From an uncultured delta proteobacterium (lineage in GTDB: Bacteria; Myxococcota_A; Polyangia; Polyangiales; Houyiibacteriaceae), in assembly GCA_963699755.1 (NCBI GenBank), contig CAVOVB010000001.1, forward strand, positions 320,001 through 384,000: a stretch of 64,000 nucleotides of DNA, read 5' to 3'. The first letter of the stretch is position 1. Each line of letters begins with the position of its first letter. The notes below the pieces were generated by a model. That model saw only the letters and a program-made list of their open reading frames with translations, had not been told where the DNA came from and made no database searches. Below are positions 50,767 through 60,768 of the stretch, in pieces. Both the position numbers and the translations under genes were made by a program.

Positions 50767-52950
50767 ATGCCATCGCTGTCGAGAAGACGCTTCTTGGAGA
50801 TTTCATCCGCGGCGGTCGGGATGACTGCAGTCGGTGGGCTTCCCGCGTTCGCGCACGATGCGTTGGGCAAATCGGAGACGCCCGGCACGGTGGCGACGAT
50901 CTGCGATGTATGTTTTTGGAAGTGCGGCGCCGTCGCGCATCTTCGCGACGGGAAACTTTGGAAAATCGAGGGCAACGAGCTCGATCCTTTGTGTGAGGGT
51001 CGACTTTGCCCCCGCGGTACCGGCGGCGTTGGAGCACACTACGACGCCAATCGCCTGAAGTGGCCGCTCATTCGCAAGGGCGAGCGCGGCCAAGAGCAAT
51101 GGGTCCGCGCCACATGGGAGGAAGCGCTGCAAACCATCGCGGACCGCATGTCGAAGCTCAAAGCCGAGTACGGCCCCGAATCGATGGCGCTCTTCACGCA
51201 CGGGCTCGGGGGCAGCTTTTTCAAGCACACGATGCACGCCTACGGCACGCCCAACATCGCCGCGCCGTCGTACTCGCAGTGCCGGGGCCCGCGAGACGTC
51301 GGCTTCACGCTCACGTTTGGCGAGGGCGTCAGCACCCCGGAGCGCACGGACATCGCCAATGCTCGGTGCCTGGTCTTGATCGGCTCACACCTCGGCGAGA
51401 ACATGCACAACACGCAGGTGCAGGAGTTCTCGCACGCGATTGAACGCGGGGCGTCGATCATCGTCGTCGACCCGCGCTTCTCCGTAGCGGCGGGCAAAGC
51501 CAAGCACTACCTGCCCATCAAGCCCGGCACCGACATGGCACTGCTGCTCGCGTGGATGAACGTGCTCGTCAAAGAGGAGCTCTTCGACAATGAGTATGTC
51601 GAAGCGTACGGATATGGGTTCGACGCATTTGCGGCGCACATCGCCCAGTACACGCCCGACTGGGCCTATCCGAAGACCGGTATCGAGCCCAGCGTCATCC
51701 GGGAAACGGCGCGTGAAATGGCGAGGCATCGCCCGGCCTCTCTGGTCCACCCCGGCCGGCACGTGACCTGGTATGGCGACGACGCGCAGCGCAGCCGTGC
51801 GATCGCGCTTCTCAACGCATTGCTCGGGAGCTGGGGGCGCAAGGGCGGGTTTTACTATCCCGCAAGCGTGGACATTCCGGCCTATCGGTACCCGGACTAC
51901 CCGACCCCCCGCCGGCCGAAAGCCGACAACCCCGGCAACAAGTATCCATTTGCCGACGGCGCGCTGACCAACGGAATTCGCGAGGCAACCATCACGGGCA
52001 AGCCGTACCCCATCAAGGGCTGGATGGTCTACGCAACCAACCTGCTCGAGGCCATGCCGAATCGAGAGGAAACGATCCGGGCCATTCAAGAGCTCGACCT
52101 CATGGTGGTGGTCGACGTCATCCCCAGCGAGATCGCGGGCTGGGCTGACGTGGTGCTTCCCGAGGCGGTTTACCTCGAGCGATACGATGACCTTCACCTG
52201 AGCTGGTTTCGCCAGCCGTTCGTCGGGCTGCGTCAACCGGTGGTGGAGCCACCCGACGATCAGAAACCGGGGTGGTGGATCGCCCGCGAGCTCGCGACGA
52301 AGCTTGGTCTCGAACGCTTTTATCCCTGGACACACATCGAAGACTACCTGCGCGCGCGGGTCGAATCCGCCGGGCTCAGCTTCGATGATCTCAAAAAACA
52401 TGGAGTGATCCTGGGGCCGAAGGAGCCGCTCTACTTCGACGAAGGAGTCCCCGCGGAGTTTTATACGCCGTCCGGCAAGATCGAATTCTACTCCCCGCAG
52501 CTCGAAGCAGCCGGCTTCGACCCCGTCCCCACGTTTACAGCTCACGAGCAGCCGCCGCCCGGCGCGTTTCGCCTGCTCTACGGGCGGTCCCCCGTGCATT
52601 CCTTCAGCCGCACGCAGACCAACCCGGTCCTATCCGAGATGGAGGACGAAAACGAAGTCTGGTTGAACGAAGACATCGCCCGACGCTACGGGCTCGCAAG
52701 TGGCGATTACGTCCGGCTCAAGAACAGCGACGGCATCACCAGCAATCCGGTCCGCGTCAAGGCGACACAGCGCATCCGAGGCGACTGCGTCTACATGACG
52801 CATGGTTTTGGACACTCGGCGCGCGGGATCTTCCCGAAGTACAAAAAGGGTGCAAGCGACGGTCAGCTCATCACGAAGTATCGAGTCGACCCGCTGATGG
52901 GAGGCACCGGTATGAACATGACTTTCGTCACACTCGAGCTGGAGGCCTGA
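50767..52950 (+). CDS. psrA: Polysulfide/thiosulfate reductase molybdopterin subunit (PsrA/PhsA)
   Basis: Tat motif SRRRFL; CDVCFWKC...C 4Fe-4S; YSQCRG probable Mo-Cys; ADVVLPE..YLER; TPSGKIEFYS. Confidence 0.9.
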   Translation: MPSLSRRRFLEISSAAVGMTAVGGLPAFAHDALGKSETPGTVATICDVCFWKCGAVAHLRDGKLWKIEGNELDPLCEGRLCPRGTGGVGAHYDANRLKWPLIRKGERGQEQWVRATWEEALQTIADRMSKLKAEYGPESMALFTHGLGGSFFKHTMHAYGTPNIAAPSYSQCRGPRDVGFTLTFGEGVSTPERTDIANARCLVLIGSHLGENMHNTQVQEFSHAIERGASIIVVDPRFSVAAGKAKHYLPIKPGTDMALLLAWMNVLVKEELFDNEYVEAYGYGFDAFAAHIAQYTPDWAYPKTGIEPSVIRETAREMARHRPASLVHPGRHVTWYGDDAQRSRAIALLNALLGSWGRKGGFYYPASVDIPAYRYPDYPTPRRPKADNPGNKYPFADGALTNGIREATITGKPYPIKGWMVYATNLLEAMPNREETIRAIQELDLMVVVDVIPSEIAGWADVVLPEAVYLERYDDLHLSWFRQPFVGLRQPVVEPPDDQKPGWWIARELATKLGLERFYPWTHIEDYLRARVESAGLSFDDLKKHGVILGPKEPLYFDEGVPAEFYTPSGKIEFYSPQLEAAGFDPVPTFTAHEQPPPGAFRLLYGRSPVHSFSRTQTNPVLSEMEDENEVWLNEDIARRYGLASGDYVRLKNSDGITSNPVRVKATQRIRGDCVYMTHGFGHSARGIFPKYKKGASDGQLITKYRVDPLMGGTGMNMTFVTLELEA

Positions 52951-52955
52951 CGAGC

Positions 52956-53507
52956 ATGGCCCGTTTCGGAATGGTCATCGACACAGCCAAGTGCGTTGGA
53001 TGCATGGACTGCGTCGTGGCGTGCAAGACCGAAAACGACGTGCCGGACGGCTTCTGTCGCGACTGGATTGCGACCGAAGTGACAGGCTCCTTTCCCGAGC
53101 TCTCGATGGAGATCCGCAGCGAGCGCTGCAACATGTGTGACAACCCACCCTGCGTCTACTGCTGTCCCACAGGAGCGAGCCACGTCTCCGAGTACGGCAA
53201 GCTCGTGCAGATCACCAACGAGAAGTGCATCGGATGCAAGGCTTGCCTGGCCGCTTGCCCTTACGGCGCGCGCTTCACCCATCCGGACGGCTACGCCGAC
53301 AAGTGCAGCTTCTGCGAGCATCGTCTGAGGGAAGGTAAAGACCCCGCGTGCGTCTCCGTCTGCCCAACCTATTGCATGTATTTTGGCGACCTGGACGACC
53401 CCAACAGCGAGGTCAGCAGGCTCCTCAAGTCGCGCAAATCAAAGACTCTGCTGCCCGAGGCGGGCACGCAGCCGCGGATTCACTTCCTCACCGACGAACC
53501 CAAGTGA
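52956..53507 (+). CDS. psrB: 4Fe-4S subunit (PsrB/NrfC)
   Basis: CVGCMDCVVAC, CNMCDNPPCVYCCP, CIGCKACLAACP, CSFC..PACVSVCP. Confidence 0.92.
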   Translation: MARFGMVIDTAKCVGCMDCVVACKTENDVPDGFCRDWIATEVTGSFPELSMEIRSERCNMCDNPPCVYCCPTGASHVSEYGKLVQITNEKCIGCKACLAACPYGARFTHPDGYADKCSFCEHRLREGKDPACVSVCPTYCMYFGDLDDPNSEVSRLLKSRKSKTLLPEAGTQPRIHFLTDEPK

Positions 53508-53512
53508 CGCCC

Positions 53513-54451
53513 ATGTCGGAATACACGACCACCAACAGCAATCCCTTCGTCGACATGTCGCATCAGGTCTGGGCGTGGGAGATTCCGGTCTATCTGTTCT
53601 TGGGCGGCCTGGTGGCCGGCATGATGGTCATCTCCGGGTACTTCTTGCTCAGCGGCCGATGGCGTAACCCGCGGTCCTTTTGTTATGCGCTGCCAAGCTG
53701 GAGCCTGGTCCTGCTCTCGCTCGGTATGCTCGCTCTGTTCTTGGACCTCGAGCACAAGCTCTACGTCTGGCGGCTGTACCTGACCTTCGAGGTGACCTCG
53801 CCCATGTCCTGGGGCTCGTGGATTTTGCTGCTCGTCTATCCGGCACTGCTGGCCAATTTGTTTCTCACCCCGCCAGAGCGCCTCCGGGACCGCTTCCCAC
53901 GAGTCGCAGACATTTCAAACCGCCTGCAGGCGCAGCCGTCGGCAGTCACCGCGATTGCGGTCGTCAACATCGGGCTTGGGATCATGGTCGGCATCTACAC
54001 CGGGATTTTGCTGAGCTCGCTCGGCGCCAGGCCGCTTTGGAGCAGTGGTCTGCTCGGCCCGCTCTTCTTGGTTTCGGGCTTGTCGACGGCCGCGGCGCTG
54101 GTCCATTTGTTGACCAAGGAGCCCGAGGAGTCGGCCTTCGCGATGCGCGCGGACATCGGGCTGTTGATCACGGAGCTCGTGTTCATCGGCTTGTTCCTCA
54201 TCGGTTTGATGAACGCGTCGAAGGTGCACCAGGAGGCCGCCAGCATGCTTCTAGGCGGCCCGTTCACTGCCGTTTTCTGGGTCTTGGTCGTTGGGCTGGG
54301 CCTGCTCGTTCCCATCGTGATTCAGAGCCTGACTGTGGCCCGCCGCATCGGTCACACCCCCGTGGCGCCGCTTCTCGTCATTGCCGGCGGCCTCGTCTTT
54401 CGTTTCGTCATGGTCAACGCTGGGCAGTTGAGCCATTGGACGCCAACATGA
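53513..54451 (+). CDS. psrC: NrfD-family membrane anchor (PsrC)
   Basis: WEIPVYLFLGG, DLEH, SPMSWGSW, YTGILL, RPLW. Confidence 0.9.
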   Translation: MSEYTTTNSNPFVDMSHQVWAWEIPVYLFLGGLVAGMMVISGYFLLSGRWRNPRSFCYALPSWSLVLLSLGMLALFLDLEHKLYVWRLYLTFEVTSPMSWGSWILLLVYPALLANLFLTPPERLRDRFPRVADISNRLQAQPSAVTAIAVVNIGLGIMVGIYTGILLSSLGARPLWSSGLLGPLFLVSGLSTAAALVHLLTKEPEESAFAMRADIGLLITELVFIGLFLIGLMNASKVHQEAASMLLGGPFTAVFWVLVVGLGLLVPIVIQSLTVARRIGHTPVAPLLVIAGGLVFRFVMVNAGQLSHWTPT

Positions 54452-54489
54452 TGCTGGCTTCGCCGCGCAGCTCGGGAAGGAAGGAATCG

Positions 54490-55017
54490 ATGACAAGTGC
54501 ACGTGAGCCTGCCCCCTACATGAACCCGTATCTCGCGGGACTCGGCTTGGGCTTGGTTCTTCTAACCACCTTCGTGGTGATGGGCCGCGGCCTCGGCGCG
54601 TCGGGCGCGTTCTCGACGATCGTCGCAGTCGGCGTGGACGCGGTGGCGCCGGCGCACGCGGCCGGCAACGAATTCTATCGCGGCTACCTCGAAAACGGCT
54701 TTGGAAGCCCATTCAAGAGCTTCCTGATGTTCGAGGTCATCGGCGTCTTGATCGGAGGCTTCCTCTCCGGCTCGCTGGCGGGCCGGGTGAAGAAAACGGT
54801 CGAGAAAGGTCCCAGAATTTCCGCCAAGGGCCGAATGGCATTCGCCGTGGCCGGCGGCGCCCTGATGGGCTTCGGCGCCAAGCTCGCCGGAGGTTGCACG
54901 AGCGGGCAGGGGCTTTCGGGTGGTGCGGTCCTCGGCCTCGGCAGCTGGACCTTCATGATCATGGTTTTCGTCGGAGGCTATGCCGGGGCCTACTTCATGA
55001 GGAGGGAGTGGCGATGA
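54490..55017 (+). CDS. YeeE/YedE sulfur-compound transporter, half 1
   Basis: NPYLAG, GLGASG, GFGAKLAGGCTSG. Confidence 0.88.
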   Translation: MTSAREPAPYMNPYLAGLGLGLVLLTTFVVMGRGLGASGAFSTIVAVGVDAVAPAHAAGNEFYRGYLENGFGSPFKSFLMFEVIGVLIGGFLSGSLAGRVKKTVEKGPRISAKGRMAFAVAGGALMGFGAKLAGGCTSGQGLSGGAVLGLGSWTFMIMVFVGGYAGAYFMRREWR

Positions 55018-55628
55018 GCGCGCCCTTTTACAAGTACGCGCTGTTCGGCGACGAGATGTCGCTGATCTTGGCGGTCATCATCGGCATCGGCTTCGGTTTC
55101 TTCCTCGAACGAGCGGGCTTCGGCAGCGCCAGGAAGCTCGTTGCGCAGTTCTACTTCACAGACATGGCCGTCTTCAAAGTGATGTTCTCGGCGATCGTCA
55201 CCGCCATGCTCGGCCTGTTCTATATCTCCTGGGCGGGTTTGCTCGATCTTTCGATGGTTTTCGTCGCGCCGACCTACTGGCTGCCGCAGTTGGTTGGCGG
55301 GCTCGTCCTCGGTTTCGGCTTCATCATCGGCGGTTACTGTCCGGGCACGTCGCTGGTTGCGGTGTCGACGGGCCGCCTCGATGCCCTGGCGTTTTGCGGC
55401 GGCGTCCTCGGCGGAATCTTCGCCTATGGCGAGGTCTATCCGTCGATCGCCGGCTTCGTGACCTCGACCTCGATGGGTCGGGTCACCCTCGATAGCTGGC
55501 TTGAGGTCCGCCTCAGCCTCGTCGTCTTCGCGGTCGTGTTCGTGGCGGTGCTCGGCTTCTGGGGCGCGACGACGGTCGAACGGAAGCTCGCTCGGCGCGA
55601 AGACGCGGATGCGGGAGCGCTGACATGA
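55014..55628 (+). CDS. YeeE/YedE sulfur-compound transporter, half 2
   Basis: GFGFFLERAGF, FYFTDMAVFKVMFSAI, GGYCPGT. Confidence 0.88.
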   Translation: MSAPFYKYALFGDEMSLILAVIIGIGFGFFLERAGFGSARKLVAQFYFTDMAVFKVMFSAIVTAMLGLFYISWAGLLDLSMVFVAPTYWLPQLVGGLVLGFGFIIGGYCPGTSLVAVSTGRLDALAFCGGVLGGIFAYGEVYPSIAGFVTSTSMGRVTLDSWLEVRLSLVVFAVVFVAVLGFWGATTVERKLARREDADAGALT

Positions 55629-56275
55629 GCCGCATCGACCCCCGGGGCTGGGGGCTCAATCAGCGGCTTGCGGCCGTGGCGCTGACGCTCGCGGCCATCG
55701 GCTTGCTGGGCTCGCCATCCCCGGGTGCTGCGGTCACGTTGAATACCCGCGAGCTTGCCGAAATCGTCGAATCGGAGGTCGATCACATCACCGCCGATGA
55801 GCTTGCTGAATGGATCGTTCAAGGCCGCGCCGACTATCGACTGATCGATGTGCGAAGCCCCGAAGCGTACGCCGAGTATCACATCCCAAGCGCCGAGTCG
55901 GCGACCCTGCGAGAGCTGCACGACTACCCGCTCTATCGCAACGAAAAGATCGTGCTGTACTCCGAGGGAGGGATTCACTCCGCGCAGGCCTGGTTCTTGT
56001 TGCGGGCCCGGGGCTTTGCAGGGTCGTACATTCTTCTCGGGGGCCTCGATGCCTGGACCGACGAAATCCTGTTCCCCGAGCTTCCCGCCGACGCGACTCC
56101 CGATGAGGTCGCCGAGCTCGAGCAGCGCCGCAAGGTGAGCGAGCTCTTCGGCGGCAAGCCTCGGGCAGGCGGGGGCACCGTCGAGCCTGCCGGGGTCGAG
56201 CTACCCAAAGTAGCGCCCCCTGCGCCTGTTGCGGCGCCAATGAAACGAAAGAAGCCCCATAAGCAAGGCTGCTGA
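55625..56275 (+). CDS. Membrane-anchored rhodanese-like domain protein, catalytic Cys replaced by Ser, with a C-terminal GC
   Basis: LIDVRS...YHIPSA, IVLYSEGGIHS, LLGGLDAW; tail PKVAPPAPVAAPMKRKKPHKQGC*. Confidence 0.85.
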   Translation: MSRIDPRGWGLNQRLAAVALTLAAIGLLGSPSPGAAVTLNTRELAEIVESEVDHITADELAEWIVQGRADYRLIDVRSPEAYAEYHIPSAESATLRELHDYPLYRNEKIVLYSEGGIHSAQAWFLLRARGFAGSYILLGGLDAWTDEILFPELPADATPDEVAELEQRRKVSELFGGKPRAGGGTVEPAGVELPKVAPPAPVAAPMKRKKPHKQGC

Positions 56276-56393
56276 TGGCGACGGCTCGAAGGGCGACCGC
56301 GATTGGAAGAGATGCGCTCAGCATTGTCCTAGACCGGCAGCCGCCAAAGGCCCTATCTGCGCCGCGAGCTACTCGATGTGACGTCTAGTCCCG

Positions 56394-56747
56394 TCAAGAC
56401 CCGCAGTCTTCGTTCGGGGTCTGCGCCGCCTTCGCGCATTCGACCTGGAAATCGTAGGGGACTTCATCGGCGCAATCAGGCCAATTGCCGCTTGTCATCC
56501 AGAGCTCGACGAGCCGAAGACGCGCACATAGGCGTGCGAAGCGCGAGCCGTTCCGCAACTCCGGCATTCGGGCCTGAAACAACAGCGAGGTCCGGTAGCC
56601 GGCTGGGCCCATGTCGTCAGCGCTTCCGCTCGGCCCGAGTCGCGCGGTTTCGGCCACCCGGTATGCATCGTCGACGAGGCCGAGATGCGCTGCGTACACC
56701 AGAGCTGAGACGTCGATGCCGCCCGTCTTCGCGACGCGCTCGTCCAA
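56394..56747 (-). pseudogene. Isolated C-terminal fragment of a larger TPR-type regulatory/signalling protein
   Basis: RFARLCARLRLVELW..SGNWPDCADEVPYDF resembles the C-termini of such proteins; no N-terminal part present. Confidence 0.4.
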
Positions 56748-56797
56748 GGCGCATCGCCAGGCGCCGACGTTCTCCGGGGTCGGGTCCCGCTTGGTTT

Positions 56798-57937
56798 CTA
56801 GGGAGTGACCTGTAGGATGGTCACGGTACTGGGATCTCTGGGTCCGTTTTCCACCAGTAGGTAGAGAACGTCATCCGCGGCGGCGATTCCTCGATAGCGT
56901 TGGAAGAGCTGTCCGTAGCCTGGGATCTCGTACGTGCCGAGCACCTGGCGCGTGTCCGGATCGATGCGCACCACTGGCGAGGGGCTGCCGAACACGATGC
57001 CCCAAAAGTAGGTTCCGTCCCAGGTCAGAGCGGCGAGATCGAGCGCAAAGGGGTAGCTGTTGATGAGGGTCTTGGTGGTCGCGTCGACCTGAAGCAGCTC
57101 ACGCTCACCGGCGGTGCTCGATTCGCCCGACAACCAAAGATGGGTGCCGTCCCAGGCCATCGCACCGATCGAGAGTCGATGACCCAGATCCAGATCGGTG
57201 TCGATGCTGTCTATCTGGACATCCGCGAAATCACGCCGAGACACGATGTACCCCGCGCCCGTGTGAAACCAGAGAAAAGAGCCGTCATAGGCCTGCACCC
57301 CGGCGACGTTGCTGGGCAGATCGATGGGGGCGCCGAGTGTGCCGAGCACGGGATCGTACTGCAAGAGTTGATCGTTTGGCTGGGCATCGGCGCCAAACCA
57401 TAGGGACGAACCGTCCCAAACCAGTCCCGTCTCGGTGTGCGGGTCGGCCTCGAGCTCATTGGAGGACAGGACTTCGGAGAAGGCCTGGCATTCCGCTCCC
57501 GCTGGGAGCACGTCGAGTTTGATGAAGGTCTGACTGCGGCCGACGTTGTCCATCAAGGTCATGGCTTCGCCGTCGACCGCGAAAGCGAAGCTCTTGGGCG
57601 AGAAAGCCGAGGCTTCGTCGAAGATCTCCATGTCGATGAACACGGCTCCATCGCCGAACGGTGCATAGATGAAATCCAGACAGCCCAACGCACCGCTTTC
57701 CGGCTCCCTGAAGACGAACTCCCCGGTGCCGTCTTCCCGGAGCTGCATGACGAGAAACTCAGCACCTGGAAAGAACCGGAACAACTCGCCCTCACCGGGT
57801 TGCCAGCTCCCCACGAGCTCCTGAGTGGCCGCTCCTTGGTTTCCGTCGTCCGAACAACCCACGAACACTGTGGCAAGAAGGCCAAGCAACAAAAACACGC
57901 CACCCGTCGTTCTCACCCGCCCACCAGTCTGCTTCAT
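56798..57937 (-). CDS. Lipoprotein with a beta-propeller (glutaminyl cyclase-like repeats)
   Basis: Lipobox FVGC; repeated [W/Y]DG..[L/F]W blades (GLVWDGSSLW, AYDGSFLW, MAWDGTHLW, LTWDGTYFW). Confidence 0.75.
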   Translation of the reverse strand: MKQTGGRVRTTGGVFLLLGLLATVFVGCSDDGNQGAATQELVGSWQPGEGELFRFFPGAEFLVMQLREDGTGEFVFREPESGALGCLDFIYAPFGDGAVFIDMEIFDEASAFSPKSFAFAVDGEAMTLMDNVGRSQTFIKLDVLPAGAECQAFSEVLSSNELEADPHTETGLVWDGSSLWFGADAQPNDQLLQYDPVLGTLGAPIDLPSNVAGVQAYDGSFLWFHTGAGYIVSRRDFADVQIDSIDTDLDLGHRLSIGAMAWDGTHLWLSGESSTAGERELLQVDATTKTLINSYPFALDLAALTWDGTYFWGIVFGSPSPVVRIDPDTRQVLGTYEIPGYGQLFQRYRGIAAADDVLYLLVENGPRDPSTVTILQVTP

Positions 57938-58097
57938 GATTACCTCCAAACGATGGTCCCAGGTTTGGACTCGCGCGCAAGATGCGGGCCAAACGAGAAC
58001 ATGTGAAATTCCTTCTTTTTCAGCGGATGCGCGATCTCGGGTCCTGGGAGGTTTCCGCAGACCAGCAGGGCACGAGGGCGGGGCCGGTTTTCCGCCC

Positions 58098-58841
58098 TCA
58101 CAAGACCACGGCCTTACCGTCTTCGGCCGTCTCGAGGTCGATCTCCGATAGCCGTGAAAGCATGTCGTCACTCATGTGCGTCAGGATGATGCGTTGGCAA
58201 GTCATGCGCGGCCGATTCTCGACAATCCTCGCGTAGCTATTGTGGAGCGGGACGTCTTTGTCGAAGACGTAGCACTCGCAGGCGAAAAGATCGGCGCCGG
58301 CCGACGCTTCGAGGAGCGCATCGGTCCACTGGGAGTCCCCCGAGTACGCAAGGACCTTGCCGGCGACCTCGATGCGCAGGCTATACGATGGCGCACCGCT
58401 GAAATGCGCAGCGGGAAACGCGATCACGGATACGCCGTCGATCGGGGTCGCTTGCCGCGGCTTCAGCTCGACGATCCGCAGATCGAAGCTTGGCTCGACT
58501 TTGGATGACCCTGCGAATAGGACCTCCATTGCCTGCATGAGTCGGTCTTCTAGACCAGGAGGCCCGGCGATCGTGAGCGGCGCGCTCCGTTTGGAGACGA
58601 GCTGGGCGTCGAGAAGGAAGAACGGAAGACCGCCGAAATGGTCGCCATGCAAGTGCGTGATGAGGACCTTGCTCACATCGCGCGGCTCGACCCGCTGCTG
58701 CCGCATCGCGATGAGGGAAGATGCGCCGCAGTCGATCAGGAAGAAATCGTCCGGGCTGCGGACGCCGATGCAGGTCTGGAAACGGCCTCCGCTGCCGAAG
58801 GCGTCGCCGCTGCCGATGAACTGGATTTCGACTCGGGCCAT
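58098..58841 (-). CDS. MBL-fold metallo-hydrolase (RNase BN/Z-like)
   Basis: GSGDAFGSGGR, LIDCG, THLHGDHFGG, YSGD, LTH. Confidence 0.9.
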   Translation of the reverse strand: MARVEIQFIGSGDAFGSGGRFQTCIGVRSPDDFFLIDCGASSLIAMRQQRVEPRDVSKVLITHLHGDHFGGLPFFLLDAQLVSKRSAPLTIAGPPGLEDRLMQAMEVLFAGSSKVEPSFDLRIVELKPRQATPIDGVSVIAFPAAHFSGAPSYSLRIEVAGKVLAYSGDSQWTDALLEASAGADLFACECYVFDKDVPLHNSYARIVENRPRMTCQRIILTHMSDDMLSRLSEIDLETAEDGKAVVL

Positions 58842-59021
58842 GGCGACACCTCTTTGCCAGGAGCCTAACGCGTTCTCTGTTTCTCCCGAAACCGCGAAAT
58901 GAAACTTCAGCGAATATGCTGAGAAAGCTCGGACTTCGGAACGTCGGCGAGAGAGGATTCGCGGATCCGGACGGGACGCTTCGAGCTGCGATGCAGAGCC
59001 GTAAGCGCAGGGACTGAGCCG

Positions 59022-60677
59022 CTACGGAGCAATCCTCTTCTTGATCGCCTTGGCGAGAGGTGAAGGGACGCGGCCGAGCGCGTTGAGCATGTGCGGTAGC
59101 ACTTTGAGTCTCAATCCTTCGTACTCGCTAGGGACGATCGCATCGATTAGATACGGGCCGCGGGTCTTCAGTGCGTTCCGCAGCGCTGCGTTGAAGTCCT
59201 CGGCCGTTTCGACGCGTTGCGAAGGCACGCCCATTCCTTTGGCGATCGCCACGAAGTCAATCGCGGGTTCTGACAAATCTAGTTGCGCCTTGGCTTTGGA
59301 TCCGATTTTGTCTGCTCCGACGCGCTCGAGCTCGATATTGAGAATCCCATAGGAGCGGTTGTTGAAAATGATCGTAGTGACGTCTAGACCCTCGCGTGCG
59401 ATCGTCCATAGGGCCTGAATCGTGTACATGGCGGAGCCATCGCCGATGAGTGCGAGTACGGGACGGCCCGGCGAGGCCGTTGCCGCGCCGACCGCGACCG
59501 GCAAGCCTTGTCCGATTGCTCCACCAGTCAAAGTCAGCACGTCATGACGAGGCGCACCCGCGGTGAGGCTCGCCAGCCTCACCCCGGAGGTTTGCGCCTC
59601 GTCTGAGATGATGGCGTCTCTCGGCAACAAGGCACCAATGGCCTGGCACACCTTGGCAGCGTTGAGCTTGCCGTTGGGCAACTCTGGACGTACCGCGCTC
59701 TGCAACTCGGGCTCTGTGTCGGACGCACCAACCGCTTCGACGAGTGCCTGCAGCGACGCGAGCGCACCTTCGTGCGCCTGCACCAAGGTGTGGGCTGTGC
59801 AGCTATCTGGCACGAGATAGCTCTTCTTGCCTGGATAGGCGAAGAACGACACGGGGGCCTTTGCATCGACCAGAACCAAATGGTCGTAGCCGTCGAGCTG
59901 CACCGAAGCCATTTCGGCGAGATACGCAATGCGCTCAACGGAGGGCAGCCCTTCACCTCGCTCGAGGCGCGTCGGGAAGACCTCGCAGAAGAGCTTGGCG
60001 CCTGTCTTCTCTGCAATCTGCGACGCCGCGCGCAGCCCCGCCTCACGTAGCACCCGATTGCCCAACAAGAAGGCGACCTTCTTGCCCGACTTCTTGATGA
60101 CGCGCGCGATCGCCTGCACCGTCTCATCGGACGCCGGCGGCGCTTGCTGAGGCTTGTGCGCCTGCACGGGTTCGGCACCCTCTCCCCAGGACACATCCGC
60201 GGGCAAGATCAGGGTTGCAATCTGTGCGGGCGGGCCCATGGCCACCGCTACCGCTTCCGCCGCATCGGCAGCCAATTGGCTGGTTTCACGCGTCGTCTTG
60301 ATCCACGTAGAAATGTTCTTGGCGACGGTCTCGATGTCCGACTGCAACTGCGCGTCGTATTGAGCGTGATAGGTCGCATGATCTCCGATGATGTTGATCA
60401 TAGGCACACGGGCCTTGCGCGCATTGTGCAGGTTCGCGAGCGCATTGCCTAGACCGCATCCGAGATGCAATAGCGTTGCTGCGGGCCTATCTGCCATGCG
60501 CGCGTATCCGTCGGCAGCTCCGGACGCCACGCCCTCGAACAAACACAATACCGCGCGCATATCAGCGCGGTCCAACGCGGCAACGAAGTGCATCTCCGAC
60601 GTTCCGGGATTGGTGAAGCAGGTGTCCACACCACAGTGGATGAGAGTCTCAATCAGAGCTCGTGCGCCGTTTCCCAT
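59022..60677 (-). CDS. Acetolactate synthase large subunit-like thiamine pyrophosphate enzyme
   Basis: NPGTSEMH, FEGVASGAADGYARM, GDGSAMYT...NN TPP motif. Confidence 0.9.
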   Translation of the reverse strand: MGNGARALIETLIHCGVDTCFTNPGTSEMHFVAALDRADMRAVLCLFEGVASGAADGYARMADRPAATLLHLGCGLGNALANLHNARKARVPMINIIGDHATYHAQYDAQLQSDIETVAKNISTWIKTTRETSQLAADAAEAVAVAMGPPAQIATLILPADVSWGEGAEPVQAHKPQQAPPASDETVQAIARVIKKSGKKVAFLLGNRVLREAGLRAASQIAEKTGAKLFCEVFPTRLERGEGLPSVERIAYLAEMASVQLDGYDHLVLVDAKAPVSFFAYPGKKSYLVPDSCTAHTLVQAHEGALASLQALVEAVGASDTEPELQSAVRPELPNGKLNAAKVCQAIGALLPRDAIISDEAQTSGVRLASLTAGAPRHDVLTLTGGAIGQGLPVAVGAATASPGRPVLALIGDGSAMYTIQALWTIAREGLDVTTIIFNNRSYGILNIELERVGADKIGSKAKAQLDLSEPAIDFVAIAKGMGVPSQRVETAEDFNAALRNALKTRGPYLIDAIVPSEYEGLRLKVLPHMLNALGRVPSPLAKAIKKRIAP

Positions 60678-60768
60678 GGTCGTTCAGTCGCGGCAGCGTA
60701 CTCTGCGACCGACATGTTGGCTAGCGATGCAGCCTGACAGCCACAGCTTAAGGCCGCGAAGCCGTGGT

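Noticed and set aside
56267..56320. GGC-TGC-TGA as a possible Gly-Cys-Sec readthrough
   Set aside because: I see no convincing SECIS hairpin after the TGA and the downstream frame is not protein-like; treated as a normal stop
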